This document shows positions 1 through 12,158 of a stretch of DNA of 64,000 nt, in pieces. The stretch is from Lepidodermella squamata (taxonomy: Eukaryota; Animalia; Gastrotricha), in the NCBI GenBank assembly GCA_047495785.1, contig JBLDXI010000010.1, forward strand, positions 1,922,001-1,986,000, read 5' to 3'. How positions within the stretch are numbered: the stretch's first letter is position 1; each line of letters starts with the position of its first letter. A program made the position numbers and the translations under genes. The notes beneath the pieces were generated by a model. The model was not told the origin of the DNA, made no database searches, and was given only the letters and a program-made list of their open reading frames with translations.

Positions 1-65
1 ATACCAGAAAAACACACGTATCACATATCGTGAAGCTTATATGCTAATTTCACGCTTTTCACGCT

Positions 66-72
66 TATAAAA
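66..72 (+). promoter_or_regulatory. Candidate TATA box of the Kunitz-like gene
   Basis: TATAAAA at 66-72, about 85 nt upstream of the ATG at 156. A matching AATAAA lies at 804-809, downstream of the stop. Confidence 0.45.
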
Positions 73-155
73 ACGCAAAGCACCGCCAGTAAATTCAATC
101 AATTTCAAAACAATCTTTTTTATTGTAAAACGATACATTCTATTGTTATTAAAAA

Positions 156-683
156 ATGACTGGTTCATTGTTTCAAGCCTTCATCTGTGCAACTGCAATC
201 CTCGGAGCTTCCTGCTGCCTCTGGGGCGACAAATCCACTGAGGAATTAGTTGTCCAACGTTCGAATGATCAACGCTGCTCCTACCAACCGGCAGATATCG
301 CTTGCATGATCGGCGGCAGCCCTGATTTCATTGTTTTCGACTCAAGAACCGGCGAATGTGTTAGGGAGAACGGCGCCTGTCGCGTTTCTGAGGTTAGGAA
401 AGTGTCCTTCAAATCAGCGGCCGAGTGCCGTGAGATCTGTGGTGGAACGACCAAGTCGAACCCGGAATCGGACCCTGTCAGCACCGAGGAGCTGTGCAGC
501 TACAACCCAGCCCTTGCTGGTCCTTGCTACATGCGCTTCCCGAATGGACCGTACACTGTTTTCAATGCTGAGACCAAGAAGTGTGAGGAGCAACACGGCG
601 GCTGTGACGAGACTGTTGTCAAACGTCATTCGCATCAGGATAAATTCAACTGTGAATACGCTTGCAAGGACTACATGAACTAA
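156..683 (+). CDS. Secreted protein with two atypical Kunitz/BPTI-like domains (intronless)
   Basis: Hydrophobic signal peptide followed by two six-Cys modules with Kunitz-like motifs: CSYQPADIAC...FDSRTGEC...GAC...FKSAAECREIC and CSYNPALAGPC...FNAETKKC...GGC...NCEYAC. Confidence 0.75.
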   Translation: MTGSLFQAFICATAILGASCCLWGDKSTEELVVQRSNDQRCSYQPADIACMIGGSPDFIVFDSRTGECVRENGACRVSEVRKVSFKSAAECREICGGTTKSNPESDPVSTEELCSYNPALAGPCYMRFPNGPYTVFNAETKKCEEQHGGCDETVVKRHSHQDKFNCEYACKDYMN

Positions 684-1807
684 GAGCAAGATACTGTTAA
701 CTATGTACGATAATTGTAATGAATCTCGGGCTGGTTCCGCAAAAATCCTGAGATCGAGTAGAATTTAAACCGGTAGAATTTATTAGACGATAGATTTTGT
801 AAAAATAAAAGCTTGGAAATTGAATCGATTTGTTTTTCTACGATTTCAGCTTTGTTACGTGCGCGGAATCTGAGTTAAAATCCTCATTTATCATCGCAAG
901 CTTAGACTGGTTCGATGAAACATGCTAGGTAAATAATAATTCTAACATCCGCATATAGCTAGTTTTGAGATAGTGGTCTTACTCCTGACTAGGCCTGCAA
1001 ACGCCAAGGGCACCAAATGTTGTGATGAATCAGCATCGAGGGGTTGGAAAATGGAAAAGTAAACAAATCAGGTGATTTTTCCTTTTCCGATTTTTCATTC
1101 ATGGAAATCTCCTCCAAGACGCGATTCTTTTTTCGAAATTTTCAGAGCGATGTAAAGCAGAGAAATCGAGAATAAACAATTTCCAAATGGATGAGTCCCG
1201 GAGCTGGGGTGTTGCAACCCAGCACCCCTAATTCGCACTCGCGTTTCGCACGGTCACTTCACACTTGAGCGGCTTCCTAAAAAATATTTCAAAACAGCAC
1301 CACTACCAAGTGAGCCTCCGATATACGTCTACACTACGGTCGGAAGTCGGAAACGTTGAAGTTAATGAATATTGAACTATAGAAGGATTGCATTACGAGC
1401 TTCGTCAATGACGAATCTCAAATGGAAGAAAACGGAGCGAACTAAAATAAAAGTAGCGACTGTAAATAGTCAATTTTAGGAGGGTTCGGAGCCCTTTTTC
1501 ACCGAAAAAATCGAAAAATTTCTCGCTTCCCCCGTTTCAAGGGTTAAAATCATGGTTAATTGTCCCCCATGCCGAGAAAACGGTATTCCGGAAGCGAGCG
1601 CAATTTTTGTGTTGCTAATATTAGGAACACACCAGCTCGAAAATCCTACTTCGCACACTGCACCCGATGTTTTCTCCGAAAACAACCGTGCAAGCCCTAT
1701 AGTTTATTTTAATTAAAAACGTTCAAAAAAGTATATCGATCAAAAAGTACTCGATAAATTCAAATAAAGAATGTGAATCGCTGTCCAACGGGTATACACG
1801 AAAACGA

Positions 1808-3057
1808 TCAAAAATAAAGCATACAAATAGTCGCCGTATCGCACAGGAAACCTAGCATAAACGTCACAGCAAACGCCAAGCCATCCATTATATCGATATT
1901 CCGGAGCTTCCATCTCGTATATTCACCCTCAAGGTATATTCCAGCGTTAACACTGTTAGTCAATCGACAAATGATGAGGCAATAAATCGAGACGAGAACT
2001 CCGATGGAAATCTGAACAGCGAAATTCAGCTCCAGCCAAATGATTTCTGCAGTGTCTGGAATATTGTCACTGATCACCATCATCAAGAACGATGAAGAAA
2101 GAAATACGCTCAGAGAAAAGCCCGACCTGTCTGACATATCGGCAGGCAGAGCGAATACTGATAGTTGAAGAATTTTCAGCAGGATCATTGGTAAAATTAC
2201 ACTCGTGATGTAGCTCTCGACTTTACGGGTCATGATGAAGCTGAATTTAACGAACGTATCTGAGTCATGACGTGTGACATTTTTCCCAACCAGTCGCCAA
2301 ACATCCACGTCAGAGAAATCCTGAATCCCCAGTTCAACCTTACCCGTTAACGGATCTTTACGGCCGAAACCCACGTCAACAAAATTGATCGCTTGTTTGT
2401 TTAAACTGTCGACGCTGAAGTCTATGGAGCAAACTTGGGTATCGAACGGGAATCTCGACATGAGAAGCTTTACTAAAGAAATTATTCATGAATATTGCAC
2501 GAAGCTCACTGTTTGAATTGGAGGAGGCAGGACGAATCAAATTTTGAGAAAAATCTCAAAGAAACCGTTCCATCTCTGGCAGCTAATACCTTTTTCTGAT
2601 CGGTCCTAGGTGAAAAACATTTGTCTAATCAGTGTCCTTGCAGCAGTGCAATTAATTACAATACAAATGGATTGATGTAGCCGATTCTATTACTGTGCAC
2701 GATGTGTGGCACCCAAATATCGTCCTTAGCGCGATAGCGGCAGTAAGCCGGCCCGGTTGCCTTCCATCGACCGCATGGAATGAGCCATTGCAAACTGAAT
2801 TCAGCTAAAATTGAAAAGAGCTGCTCGGTATCGCTAAGTCCGATGAATGTTAAAGGCATGAGTCGCATGGTCATTGCTACTCTTGATTTATTAATTAAAG
2901 GTTCAGCAGTTGTGCTGCGCAGGTAAGGGCAGAAGATTTGCCATTTTTTACAAAATTCTCCATCTGGGTGTAATTCATTTGCTTTGAATTGATGCGAGGA
3001 GTTAAAGGAAAAAGTCCCCCCTGCAAAGAGAAGAATAGCGAAACAAGAAAGCGACAT
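1808..3057 (-). CDS. Divergent Cys-loop ligand-gated ion channel subunit A (3 exons: 3057-2660, 2605-2510, 2453-1808)
   Basis: Signal peptide and IWVPHI loop-A-like motif. Splicing restores the Cys-loop C-LLQFKQFPFDTQV-C (C-x13-C). Four hydrophobic helices, LPADMSDR at M1-M2, and a very short M3-M4 loop. Confidence 0.88.
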
Positions 3058-3933
3058 GCCAAAATACAATATTCCAACACAGGCAGAGACATGATTCTGT
3101 TTGATGCCGGAAATTACCGTCGAGGTTTTCTCATCTGCGTATTTGTTGAAAAATACGGCTCTGTTCTGACGCCGGGAGAATGAGATGAAAATTGCTGATA
3201 AAACTTCGAATTTCGAATACTCCGAAGTTTTGGCTTTCTCATAACCCTGGCTAGGATTGTAGAGGTGGAGTACTGACAATTACCTAAATCCAAGAAAACG
3301 TTTCTTTCTAAACATATGAGATTTACAAATAGGTCCATCGACCAATCGGCTAATGACTATTGAAAAATGTATGGAAATATAAAATGAGTCCAGGTGTGTT
3401 CGAATTCGCTAGCGTATCAGTATAACTCTGCATTTAGCGGTAATTAATTACCGCAGCACGCAAACAAGGTTACCTTAATCCTTGAGCGGTAAAACTAACG
3501 CCGCCGCGTTAGTAAGGTGTTAGTAAGTTAGTAAGTTGATATGTGATTTATTCTGGAAATTTTGATTTAGCTCGATATCGCAGTAGATCTCGCACAATGA
3601 TTACAAATATTGAAAAATCGTTATGACTCGGCCGTAGAGAGCTCGAAGTAGTATATAAACAGTAATGATAGTTATTAACCTTTAGTCTTTAGTTTTTCGG
3701 TCGCGTTAAACTTAGTGTCATTTGGCGCATATTATACATGTAAACCCTGGAGGCTAGAGCAATGGAATAACGACGTACCAAATAATGAAAACGAGCTCTA
3801 TCGTACAATTTTACGACAAGTTTTAGCTGTTAAAATAACGGCAGTAAAAAATCGAAAATTTGACATTTTTTAGGACATTTCCTCAGTTATCTTTATGATG
3901 TACGATAATACAGTCAATGTCAATAGTCATAGG

Positions 3934-5189
3934 TCATAGATAAATCATAAAACAAGTCGCGGTGTCAAATAGCAAACATATAATTAGCGTCGTGGCAAAC
4001 GCGATGCCATCAATCAGATCGATCTTTCGCAAGTTCAACCTGGTGGAAACAACCTTTGAGTAACTTTCAGACATGTCGCCGTTCGTCAGTCGACAAGTCA
4101 CTAGGCAATAAATCGAAACAAGCACTCCGATGGTAATCTGAACAGCGAAATTCAGCTCCAGCCAGATGATTTCTGCAGTGTCTGGAATATTCTCGCTGAT
4201 CACAGTCATCAGCATAGATGATGAAAGAAATACGCTCAGAGAAAAGCCCGACCTGTCTGACATATCGGCAGGCAGAGCGAATACTGATAGTTGTAGAGCT
4301 TTCAGCAAAATCATCGGTAAAATCAGAGTCGTGATGTAACTCTCAACCTTGCGTGTCATGATGAAGCTGAATTTAACTAACGCATCCGACTCATGACGTG
4401 TTACATTTTTCCCAACCAGGCGCCAAACATCCACGTCAGAGAAATCCTGGATCCCCATTTCCATCCTCTGTGTGAGAATATCCAAGGCTCCGAAATCCGC
4501 TTGGTGGAATAGAGCCGCATCTCTCTGGGACTTTTCAATGGCAAAGTCTATCGAACAAACTTGGGTATCGTATGGGAATCTGCAATATGGATGAATATTA
4601 CATTCCACATACATTACAATCATTCATTGCAAATTGCAACTCACTTTTTGAATCTGAGGAAGCAGGTCGAATCGAATTTTGAGCTGACGCTAAGCATAGC
4701 GATTCCTTTACGGGTTATTAATACCTTTTTCTCATCCGGCCTTGAAAGGAACGATCAACAAAATGAGCATTAGCAGTATTAGCAGAAATACCATAAGAAT
4801 GGATCGATGTTGCCGACCCGATTGTTGTGAACGATTTGTGGCACCCAAATTTCATCCTTTATCCGATAGGAGCAGTATGCTGAAGATCCATTCCATTTAG
4901 CACAATCAGGAATAATCCATTTAAGTGTAACTTTGGCTTGCATTGAAAAGAGTTGCTTGGTATCGCTGAGGCCGATGAATAAAATTGGTACGAATTGCAT
5001 TATTACCTGAATTCTCCTATTGTTGAACCTTGGTTCAGCGTCGGTATTTCGAAGATAAGGACAGAAAGTTTGCAGGTTTCTGCAAAATTCATCCCTTGGA
5101 TGCAATTCATATGCCTTGAATTTGCGAAGGACTTGCTCGGGAAGAGTCACGCCCGCAAAGAGCAGGACAGCGAAAAAACAAAGTGACAT
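3934..5189 (-). CDS. Divergent Cys-loop ligand-gated ion channel subunit B, tandem paralogue of A (exons 5189-4792, 4740-4645, 4579-3934)
   Basis: Same intron positions as A, including a 96-nt middle exon. Cys-loop C-FLRFKKFPYDTQV-C. TM region is near-identical to A. Confidence 0.88.
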
Positions 5190-6087
5190 ATCAAAATGCA
5201 ATAAAGAATAAGCATATCAAACGTAGAGATCATGTAGATTTATCGCGGATATTGACATCAAGCATTTTCGACTGCAGTGTTCTGCTGTTTTTATTAAAAA
5301 TATGGCTTAGGGTTTAAGCTTTGGAAAAAAAAGAAATGTCAATACAGTACTCCCCCCGATAACTGCAACGGCCATCTCCCCATATTGTTTCAGGCTTAAT
5401 ACTAAAATACCTGAGGCATGAAAATTGTAAAAGACACACCTGGCATTTGTGTCGGGTAATCGATCAAAGAAGCGTTCACGTGTGTCTGCTTCGTTCGAGG
5501 ATTTCAAATCTCACAGCTGTGTCTCCCGGCGTGCCACGATGACCTTATGAGCGTACCCCACCATGCCGTACTTCAGAAGTGGCAGGGCATTCGTTTTGAA
5601 AGCATTACCCAGTTGGCGCTTTGACAGCTATGGCCGCATTGGTAAAAGAGCTGTGTTACCACTATTTTCGCTCTTGCCACTTTGTCGTTGATGCATGTCG
5701 ACATTGCCATCGACATTGCCGAACCCAGTTTCAGGCCAGCAGTGATGTCTGGCTAATCGTTGCTTGTTCCGATCCCTTTTCCTACACCTCTGGTTGCCCA
5801 GCTTTTCTTCTGCCGCATAGAAATCGAGGATATGAGAACCGAGTATTAATCCTTTTCTTTGAGTCCATGGAAACTCTGTGAAACTCGGACCATCTGGCTG
5901 ATCGCTCTTCGCCAAATCTTCCCAAATCTTTCGGCACCGGACCTCCGATTTTTGCTCGTTGAACTTTGTGAACGAGAATTTTTTGCGACAGCGTCGCCTG
6001 TTACCATGGCAAGGTCACGTTACTCTGTCTTATCGTAGGTCTTATCGGGAGTGAATGAGATTTCCGTATGACGGGATTATTTGACTG

Positions 6088-6260
6088 GTGCAGTCTAACT
6101 GACAATCTCAATCTCTCAATTTTCTATTTTGTAACGCGATGGATTGGTAAAACCACCGCGAGGCGCAGGGGCTCGATCCTTCTTCCGCCTCTAGGACTTG
6201 AACCCAGTCCCGAGCGATATCCTCTCAGATACACAGCAGGTCAACGACCATAGACAATGA
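6088..6260 (-). mobile_element. tRNA-derived SINE-like element (copy 1)
   Basis: Minus-strand A-box-like TTGTCTATGG (6257-6248) and B-box GGGTTCAAGTCC (6205-6194). Shares the body blocks GTGCAGTCT..CTGACA and TTTTGTAAC.CGATGGA.TGGT with 36070-36250. Confidence 0.5.
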
Positions 6261-6719
6261 TGTAACAGATCGGACACTCACGCACTTGCCTGTTTACGTT
6301 AAACCATAAATTTGCACACTAAATTGAATGCATTGATTTAAAAGGTGTAAATAGTCGTAGGCCTCGGAATTTTTTGAAACTTGGACCTAAAAATTCCACA
6401 TCTTTCAAGGATGCTAGTGATGCAAACTTCGAGGTGCGGTTCCTTCCCTATGATTTTTAAATTAGGAAAAAAGATTGTAGCGATTTTTGTCAGTTGTTAA
6501 GTCTATTTTCAAGTTTTTTTTAGCGCCACTCAAAATTTGATTGTTACGAAAAACGAACATCTGTGGCATACTCCATTTTTATTGCTATTTTTCAGCTTTA
6601 ATTTAAGTTGATCGAAAAATAGTAGATAGATATCAAAATAGAAAAAAATTGAAGCGTTTTTCATTTTTCATTCACGTGTTTTGGTTTTGAGCCGCTTTAC
6701 GGCTTTTCGTCGGTTGCTT

Positions 6720-7660
6720 CATAGCCACCTGCCCCATTTTGAGCTTGATTTCACGATTCGATATACCGTCAATGACGGGCGAGTGAGACTGAAATCGTAC
6801 AACTTTTAGATAGCGAATTCCAAGCAAAATGTTTATTACCATAATTTCCCGTCTTGTTTTCGGAAACTGAAGCCCTTTATCACACGGCATGGAGTCAGAA
6901 GGAAATCGCGTGTCAGGGAATCGATACAGCCGGGGCATTTCAGCTTGTCAGTTAGAAGTTTTTTGACGCAAAATCCACCAATGTTGGCAATAATTTCTTC
7001 CCCAATTAGGGGAGCGTTGCTTCGTACTCCATTCCTCTTTGCAGTAACTCGTCTTCAGCTTCAATTTCGTCCCATTCAGTTAAATCATGAAGCTCAGCAA
7101 CCTAGAAGAAAATAAAGTTGTTAAGAACAAATCTCCATATAATTCAAGTCTCAATTATCGAGGCAAAATCAACCTTGGTCTGAATAAAAAAATATCGAAA
7201 AATTCAAAAAAATTATGGAAAAATCAATTTTTAAATTTTAAATTGAATTTAATCAATTTTCGAATTATTTTCCAATAAATGAGATTTTGTTTCATAGATT
7301 TATAATAAAACCTACTTCAAATTTCTTTCACAATTTTGCAGCCTATACTAAATATTTTTATCGGTTTCAATATTTTGGAAAAAAAATAAAAATGAGCACA
7401 ATTTAAGGAGGATCATCACTCACCTTTTGGCTGCTATCGTCGCAACAAATGAAACTCAATAAAAATGGGTAGGAAATAGATTTCAAGAAATCGTCCTTAA
7501 AAATTTCCTCTGAAGTGCTGACTTTAATGACACATGCACACAACAACTTTACATTTTTCGAATGCTTATTTTTATTGAGTAAGCATGGCACGCGATGACG
7601 CAACACAACAATACAGAGTGTGAGTAATCGATTTTTCGATATTGATTTTCTCGGCAACGA
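6720..7660 (-). mobile_element. Degenerate P-element/THAP9-like transposase C-terminal remnant
   Basis: Minus-strand translation EIIANIGGFCVKKLLTDKLKCPGCIDSL...LTRPSLTVYRIVK resembles the P-transposase C-terminal pattern YIAGYxxxKL...CxxC...GLTxPS. The reading frame is broken. Confidence 0.4.
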
Positions 7661-7812
7661 AATCGAACCGCACTACGGGACTTGGATCATTATAAACGTA
7701 AAAAAATGCCCGATTTTTCGATATTTTTTTCAAGAATTTAGGAGAACAACGACTTTTCGGCCGGATTTATAATGGCCGATCCACGCATAATTAGTGTTTC
7801 AATGCGAAGTGC

Positions 7813-8389
7813 GTGAGTGTCCGATCTGTACCATCATTGTCTATGACTCAGGCGATTATCAAGTGGATCCACAAGCACGGCCTCATTGTATACTATCGCG
7901 AAATATCGGGATTTCGAACGCTGACACGCAGATTTATGGCTCTACGGTTATTACCCCTGGATTCTGTCGAGGCTGAGCCAATAGAGCTCAACGGCTCCGA
8001 TTCGTCTAGTAGTTCCGCGGGAAAGCCTCCGCATGTTCTAACAGGCTATCTGGAATGTACACAACCAAGACGTGCGAAAAAAACAACTTGGTCAAATCTT
8101 GGCATCACAGGGTAAACGGCAAGCTGACGGCGCCTCACCCCAAGTCCAACTTATGGTCGCTGAAGACGTGTCTGTTAAGAGTAAACTCGAACAGCAGTCT
8201 GGAAGGCAATATTTGAGCCGGCAGAGTTGGATCGTAAAAATGCAGCGACCATTGCCCATTACAAGAGCTCAATTATTATTTTAGCCGAAAAAACTAGATT
8301 CTTAAAACCATTCCGCCTGGTTGCGAAACAACTGGCATCCTATTGAATATTTAGACGGAATCGGTAGTAATTTTTGCGAATTATCTTGA
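7813..8389 (+). mobile_element. Degenerate Mutator-like (MULE) transposase fragment
   Basis: TQAIIKWIHKHGLIVYYREISGFRTLTRRFMALRLLP, then after a frameshift NNLVKSWHHRVNGKLTAPHPKSNLW and a terminal IEYLDGIG. These match the QAIxRK..LGL...RRxMALxxLP, TNNxxExWH and EYL motifs of animal MULE transposases. Confidence 0.72.
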
Positions 8390-8821
8390 ATGAATTGTTG
8401 GCGTGTATTGCGATTTAAGTTGATCGGGCAATCGGGAAGACAGCAAAATTGAAAATAAAATCCGTGGGGTTTTCTTAGTTGAAATCATAGAGAATTTATA
8501 CGAATTGTTATAATTTTATAAACAAAATATTAAATGTGTGCAAGAAATTAAAACCTCAATAATAAATTGCACACTTTTTGAGACACCCTGCATGAAAATA
8601 TACAGAATTCGCTTGATATTGTTGCGGCATGTCTGGCTAAAAGTTGAGCTACAGTATTTTCTCACCGATTCTCACTAGAGTTATTTCAAGAGTTATCTAT
8701 AGGAAGCCGCCATAGAATTTTCAAATTTTAAATAAAAAATGCATCGGTATGTCAGAATATTTGCAAACCCGTAAGAAATGTGAATATTCAATGAAAATTA
8801 AAAAAAGCCAAACATTTTACC

Positions 8822-9283
8822 TGGTATTTTAGCCTTCCCTGGAACCCAAAAACTGTTCTGATTGCTGTTCGGCGGCGCTTGAACCTTGACCTTGGAATTC
8901 GCACGAGACGACGCTGAAACAACATGACGCTCACCGGCCGCAAATTTCTCCGCATCCAACCGCTTCTGATTTTCCTCCTTTTTCTTCTTCGCCTCTTCAA
9001 TTTGCTCCTTGCGTTGTTTCCACTGCTTCAAACGCAACGCAATCTGCTCCTTTTCGTGGCACATGTACTCGATGATAGCCGATCGGTCGTAGAGAAAGCC
9101 GTCCGGCGTGACGACGGGCTCTTTCGCCGGCTGTAGGGTCATTGCGCAGCAATCGGCCGGGCGAACTGCGTCCTTACTCAGTCGCTTTGTTTGCGAGCCA
9201 TAGCCGGATTCTTTCGAGTCCTTTCTACGCTCGTGATACGTGTAACACGGATTGGCAGTCGCATTTCTGGAATGACGAGTCAT
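8822..9283 (-). CDS. NOSIP: Nitric oxide synthase-interacting protein, first coding exon only
   Basis: MTRHSRNATANPCYTYHERRKD...GYGSQTKRLSKDAVRPADCCAMTLQPAKEPVVTPDGFLYDRSAIIEY is the conserved NOSIP N-terminus. It continues to SFWVP and a GT donor near 8821. I did not find the C-terminal RING exon in the window. Confidence 0.92.
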
Positions 9284-10071
9284 TTGGTAAATTCAATAAT
9301 GAACGCCTAAAATATTGGCAAATATCGCTTAATTAACGAAAAGGTTGACTTCAACTTGAAAAATTATGACTTTCGCCTAAATTGCTTCCAAATCTATAAA
9401 AATTGCTGGGTTTTGATCGACTCAGGAATTATTTAAATTCCGAAAATTCCGAAGAAAATTTAACAGAGAAATCCTATTCGAGACATCCATTTTGCGAGAA
9501 TCGGGCAAATTCACGTAAATTAAAAGAATTTAAAAAAAATTAAAATAAATAAAAATGATTTCACTCTGGCAAAATTTCGGCATGATTTTTAATATGCCTG
9601 GATTTAACCCTGATTCCCACCTTCAGTGCTAGATTTCCGGACTATTCGTTGTTCTTAGGCATGCCTATTACTAATTCCTGAAAATTCTTATGTGGGGACT
9701 TAATTTTGCTGTAAAATTCAGAAACTAACAAAAATCAACATTTTATATTGTTTGATTCTTCAAAATAAAGTTTGCCATATTTCACCCGATTGTAAAAAAA
9801 ATTAGAACGTAAAATTTCAGTGTTTTAATAAAATTCAACGGATTCTTCTCCAGTTATTAAATAATTACAAAATATTGGCGGAAGTCATCACTGTTATTAT
9901 GGTTATATTATGACACATTTCTTATACAAACGCTCAGACCTCATTCAAAATGTTAATATTATAAAATTCCACACGATTTTTCACAGCCCAGAAAGCGTTT
10001 CTTTTGTTATTTTTATATAAATATCAAGTGCAAATAGGAAAGAACGATTTTTCAGTGGCATCTATATATAG

Positions 10072-11497
10072 CTACAGATCTAACGCAGATCTCCGTTGAA
10101 CAGGCCGGTATAACAAAATCATCGGTACGCATAGCCAAAACGTGACAACCAAGGTCCAGTCCATCCATTCGGTGCCGAGCGATGGGGCCATGGCAATTAT
10201 CAACAAAACAGCTGAAACGAACGAATTCCCAGTGGATAAAACCGCGGATACGACAGACTCGGGCGCGGGGAATGCCAATTCACAGCACGACTCCCAAATT
10301 AGCGGCTGGCCGGCGTTTAAAAACGCAGAAATAACAATCACGCAAAACCAGAGACCGTATCGCGAGTAGTAATTAGTCGCGTAATTGAAGGTAACAACGT
10401 TCCACGTTACCAAAATGCAGCAAATTAAATACGTGATTATAACGAAAATTTTTGATTTTGACTGAAATTTCGATGCGAATGCTGAGATTAAGATACCGCC
10501 AATTGCACCTGATAATTGAGAAGCTAGCCCTAGCCAACCGGCTTCGATTTCGTCGACTCTCGACCGAATTACCCAGGACAAGATCGCCAACCAGCCGCCC
10601 CACATGCCGGATGAAATTGAGTAGACGAGGACTAGAAACCACGCGTCTCGGTTTGTTAGTACCGAAATTAACGCGGGTTTTATTGACGTTCGCTCGGCGG
10701 TTGCGGTGAACGACGGCGGCGTGGGTGGTTTCGATCGGAATGAAAAAATTGTCATGATGACGATGAATGAGGCGAAGAGGAACTGAATTGTTAACAGAGA
10801 TACAATGCCTTGTCGAACTGCACCCGCATCTTTCAAATCAGTAGCAAACCTAAATTTGAAAAAAATTCAATAATTTGCGAAATATTCATGAGATTTAATC
10901 GTACCAATTTACAATAAGAGGTCCCATCACAAATGAAAGCCCAGATCCAATATTGGCTGTTAGCATCGAGATACTAGTGGCCAAAGTCCGCTCCGAAACT
11001 GGAAACCACACCGAACTAACAGCTGTGCATGCGAAAAATGTAACCGGTCCAGCAATGCTGTTCAAGAATTGGCCCAGATGTAAGAAAACGCGGTAATTAT
11101 CTCCGAAATGCAGTAGTCTTACTGCAGTTCCAGCCCAGACAAAAGCTGCGGTTAGCACCACGGAAAGTCTTAGACCTTTGTTCTGGATAAGGTAGACAAA
11201 CGGGCCGATTGAAATGAAGTAAACAATGTTAGCCCAATTCGGAAGAAGGGCGACGTCTGTTTGCGTCAAATTGAAGGCAAGCACCGATGTGGAGGCAATA
11301 GGGCCGAAAGTGTTGTAAACACCTGTTTGAGCGATGTTGATAATGGAGAAGACAACGAGAATGTACCAGCGTTCGTTGTACGCCTTGAACTGACGGGAAC
11401 GCCGGCTGTCATTCGATACGATAGTTGCATCGTTCTCGTCTTCGTTGGTCAGCGCTTGTAGTTCGCTAGTTGACTCATTCAAGTTACTATAAGCCAT
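10072..11497 (-). CDS. SLC49A4: MFS transporter, SLC49A4/DIRC2-like (FLVCR family); 2 exons, intron 10850-10904
   Basis: YNERWYILVVFS...YNTFGPIA, GQFLNSIAGP, SVWFPVSERTLATSI and WESCCELAFPAPES motifs, with about 12 TM segments. The splice NW/FATD keeps the frame. Confidence 0.85.
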
Positions 11498-12158
11498 CTA
11501 AAATTTAAAAAGTAGGAACGGCTTGATTTTCGTTGTAACTCACATAGACCTTTCAATTAGCCGTACGATCTTATATAACAGAGTCGATACGCTCAAAGCT
11601 AAAGCGATTCAAGTTTCACTAATGAATTTACTTCTCTTTCATTCAGAGACATTCATTTCAACTAAGATTTGCACTGAAACCACCCTTTACATCTCCCTTA
11701 CTGATTGGGCCTGAATTAGATATTGCAATTAGCAAGTTTCGTAATCATCATCAATCCCGTGTCAGTGGCAAAGCTCATAAGAATACGAATGTTACGAAGA
11801 ATCTTAAAATCAAGGCCTTGCGAAAACCTGCCCTCCGGTCAACAATTTCCGCTGTCCATGAGCTGATAGATCCTCAACGCATGAAAAGATTCCATTCTAT
11901 GAAGGGACGCCTCCCCAGAAGGCTAGCTCTGAAAACAATGAATCTATGACTCAAAACTCGTCCAATCCAACCAGGGTTTCATCGCTAAAAGCGTTGCGGA
12001 TAGCTATCGGGATTTGAGATGCTGACTGAAGGCAATATTTTTCTGATTTCTGAGTAATAAGTGATAACACAGAAGACAGGCTGAAAGCGCAGCAATCTTC
12101 GCGTCAAGCATGAAGAAAGAAGACATACTTATTGGTGAAAATTAGGTTGAAATCGTCG

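Noticed and set aside
990-1699. Possible hAT-like MITE (TAGGCCTGCA ... TGCAAGCCCTA)
   Set aside because: The ends match poorly and there is no target-site duplication.
2656-3279. ORF-track N-terminal extension of channel A upstream of 3057
   Set aside because: It starts at a non-ATG codon. The signal peptide and the paralogue alignment point to the ATG at 3057.
5628-5915. Minus-strand ORF containing GSHILDFYAAEEKL, reminiscent of DUF559-type endonucleases
   Set aside because: The following E-x-D-G motif is absent and the context is broken, so one short match is not enough.
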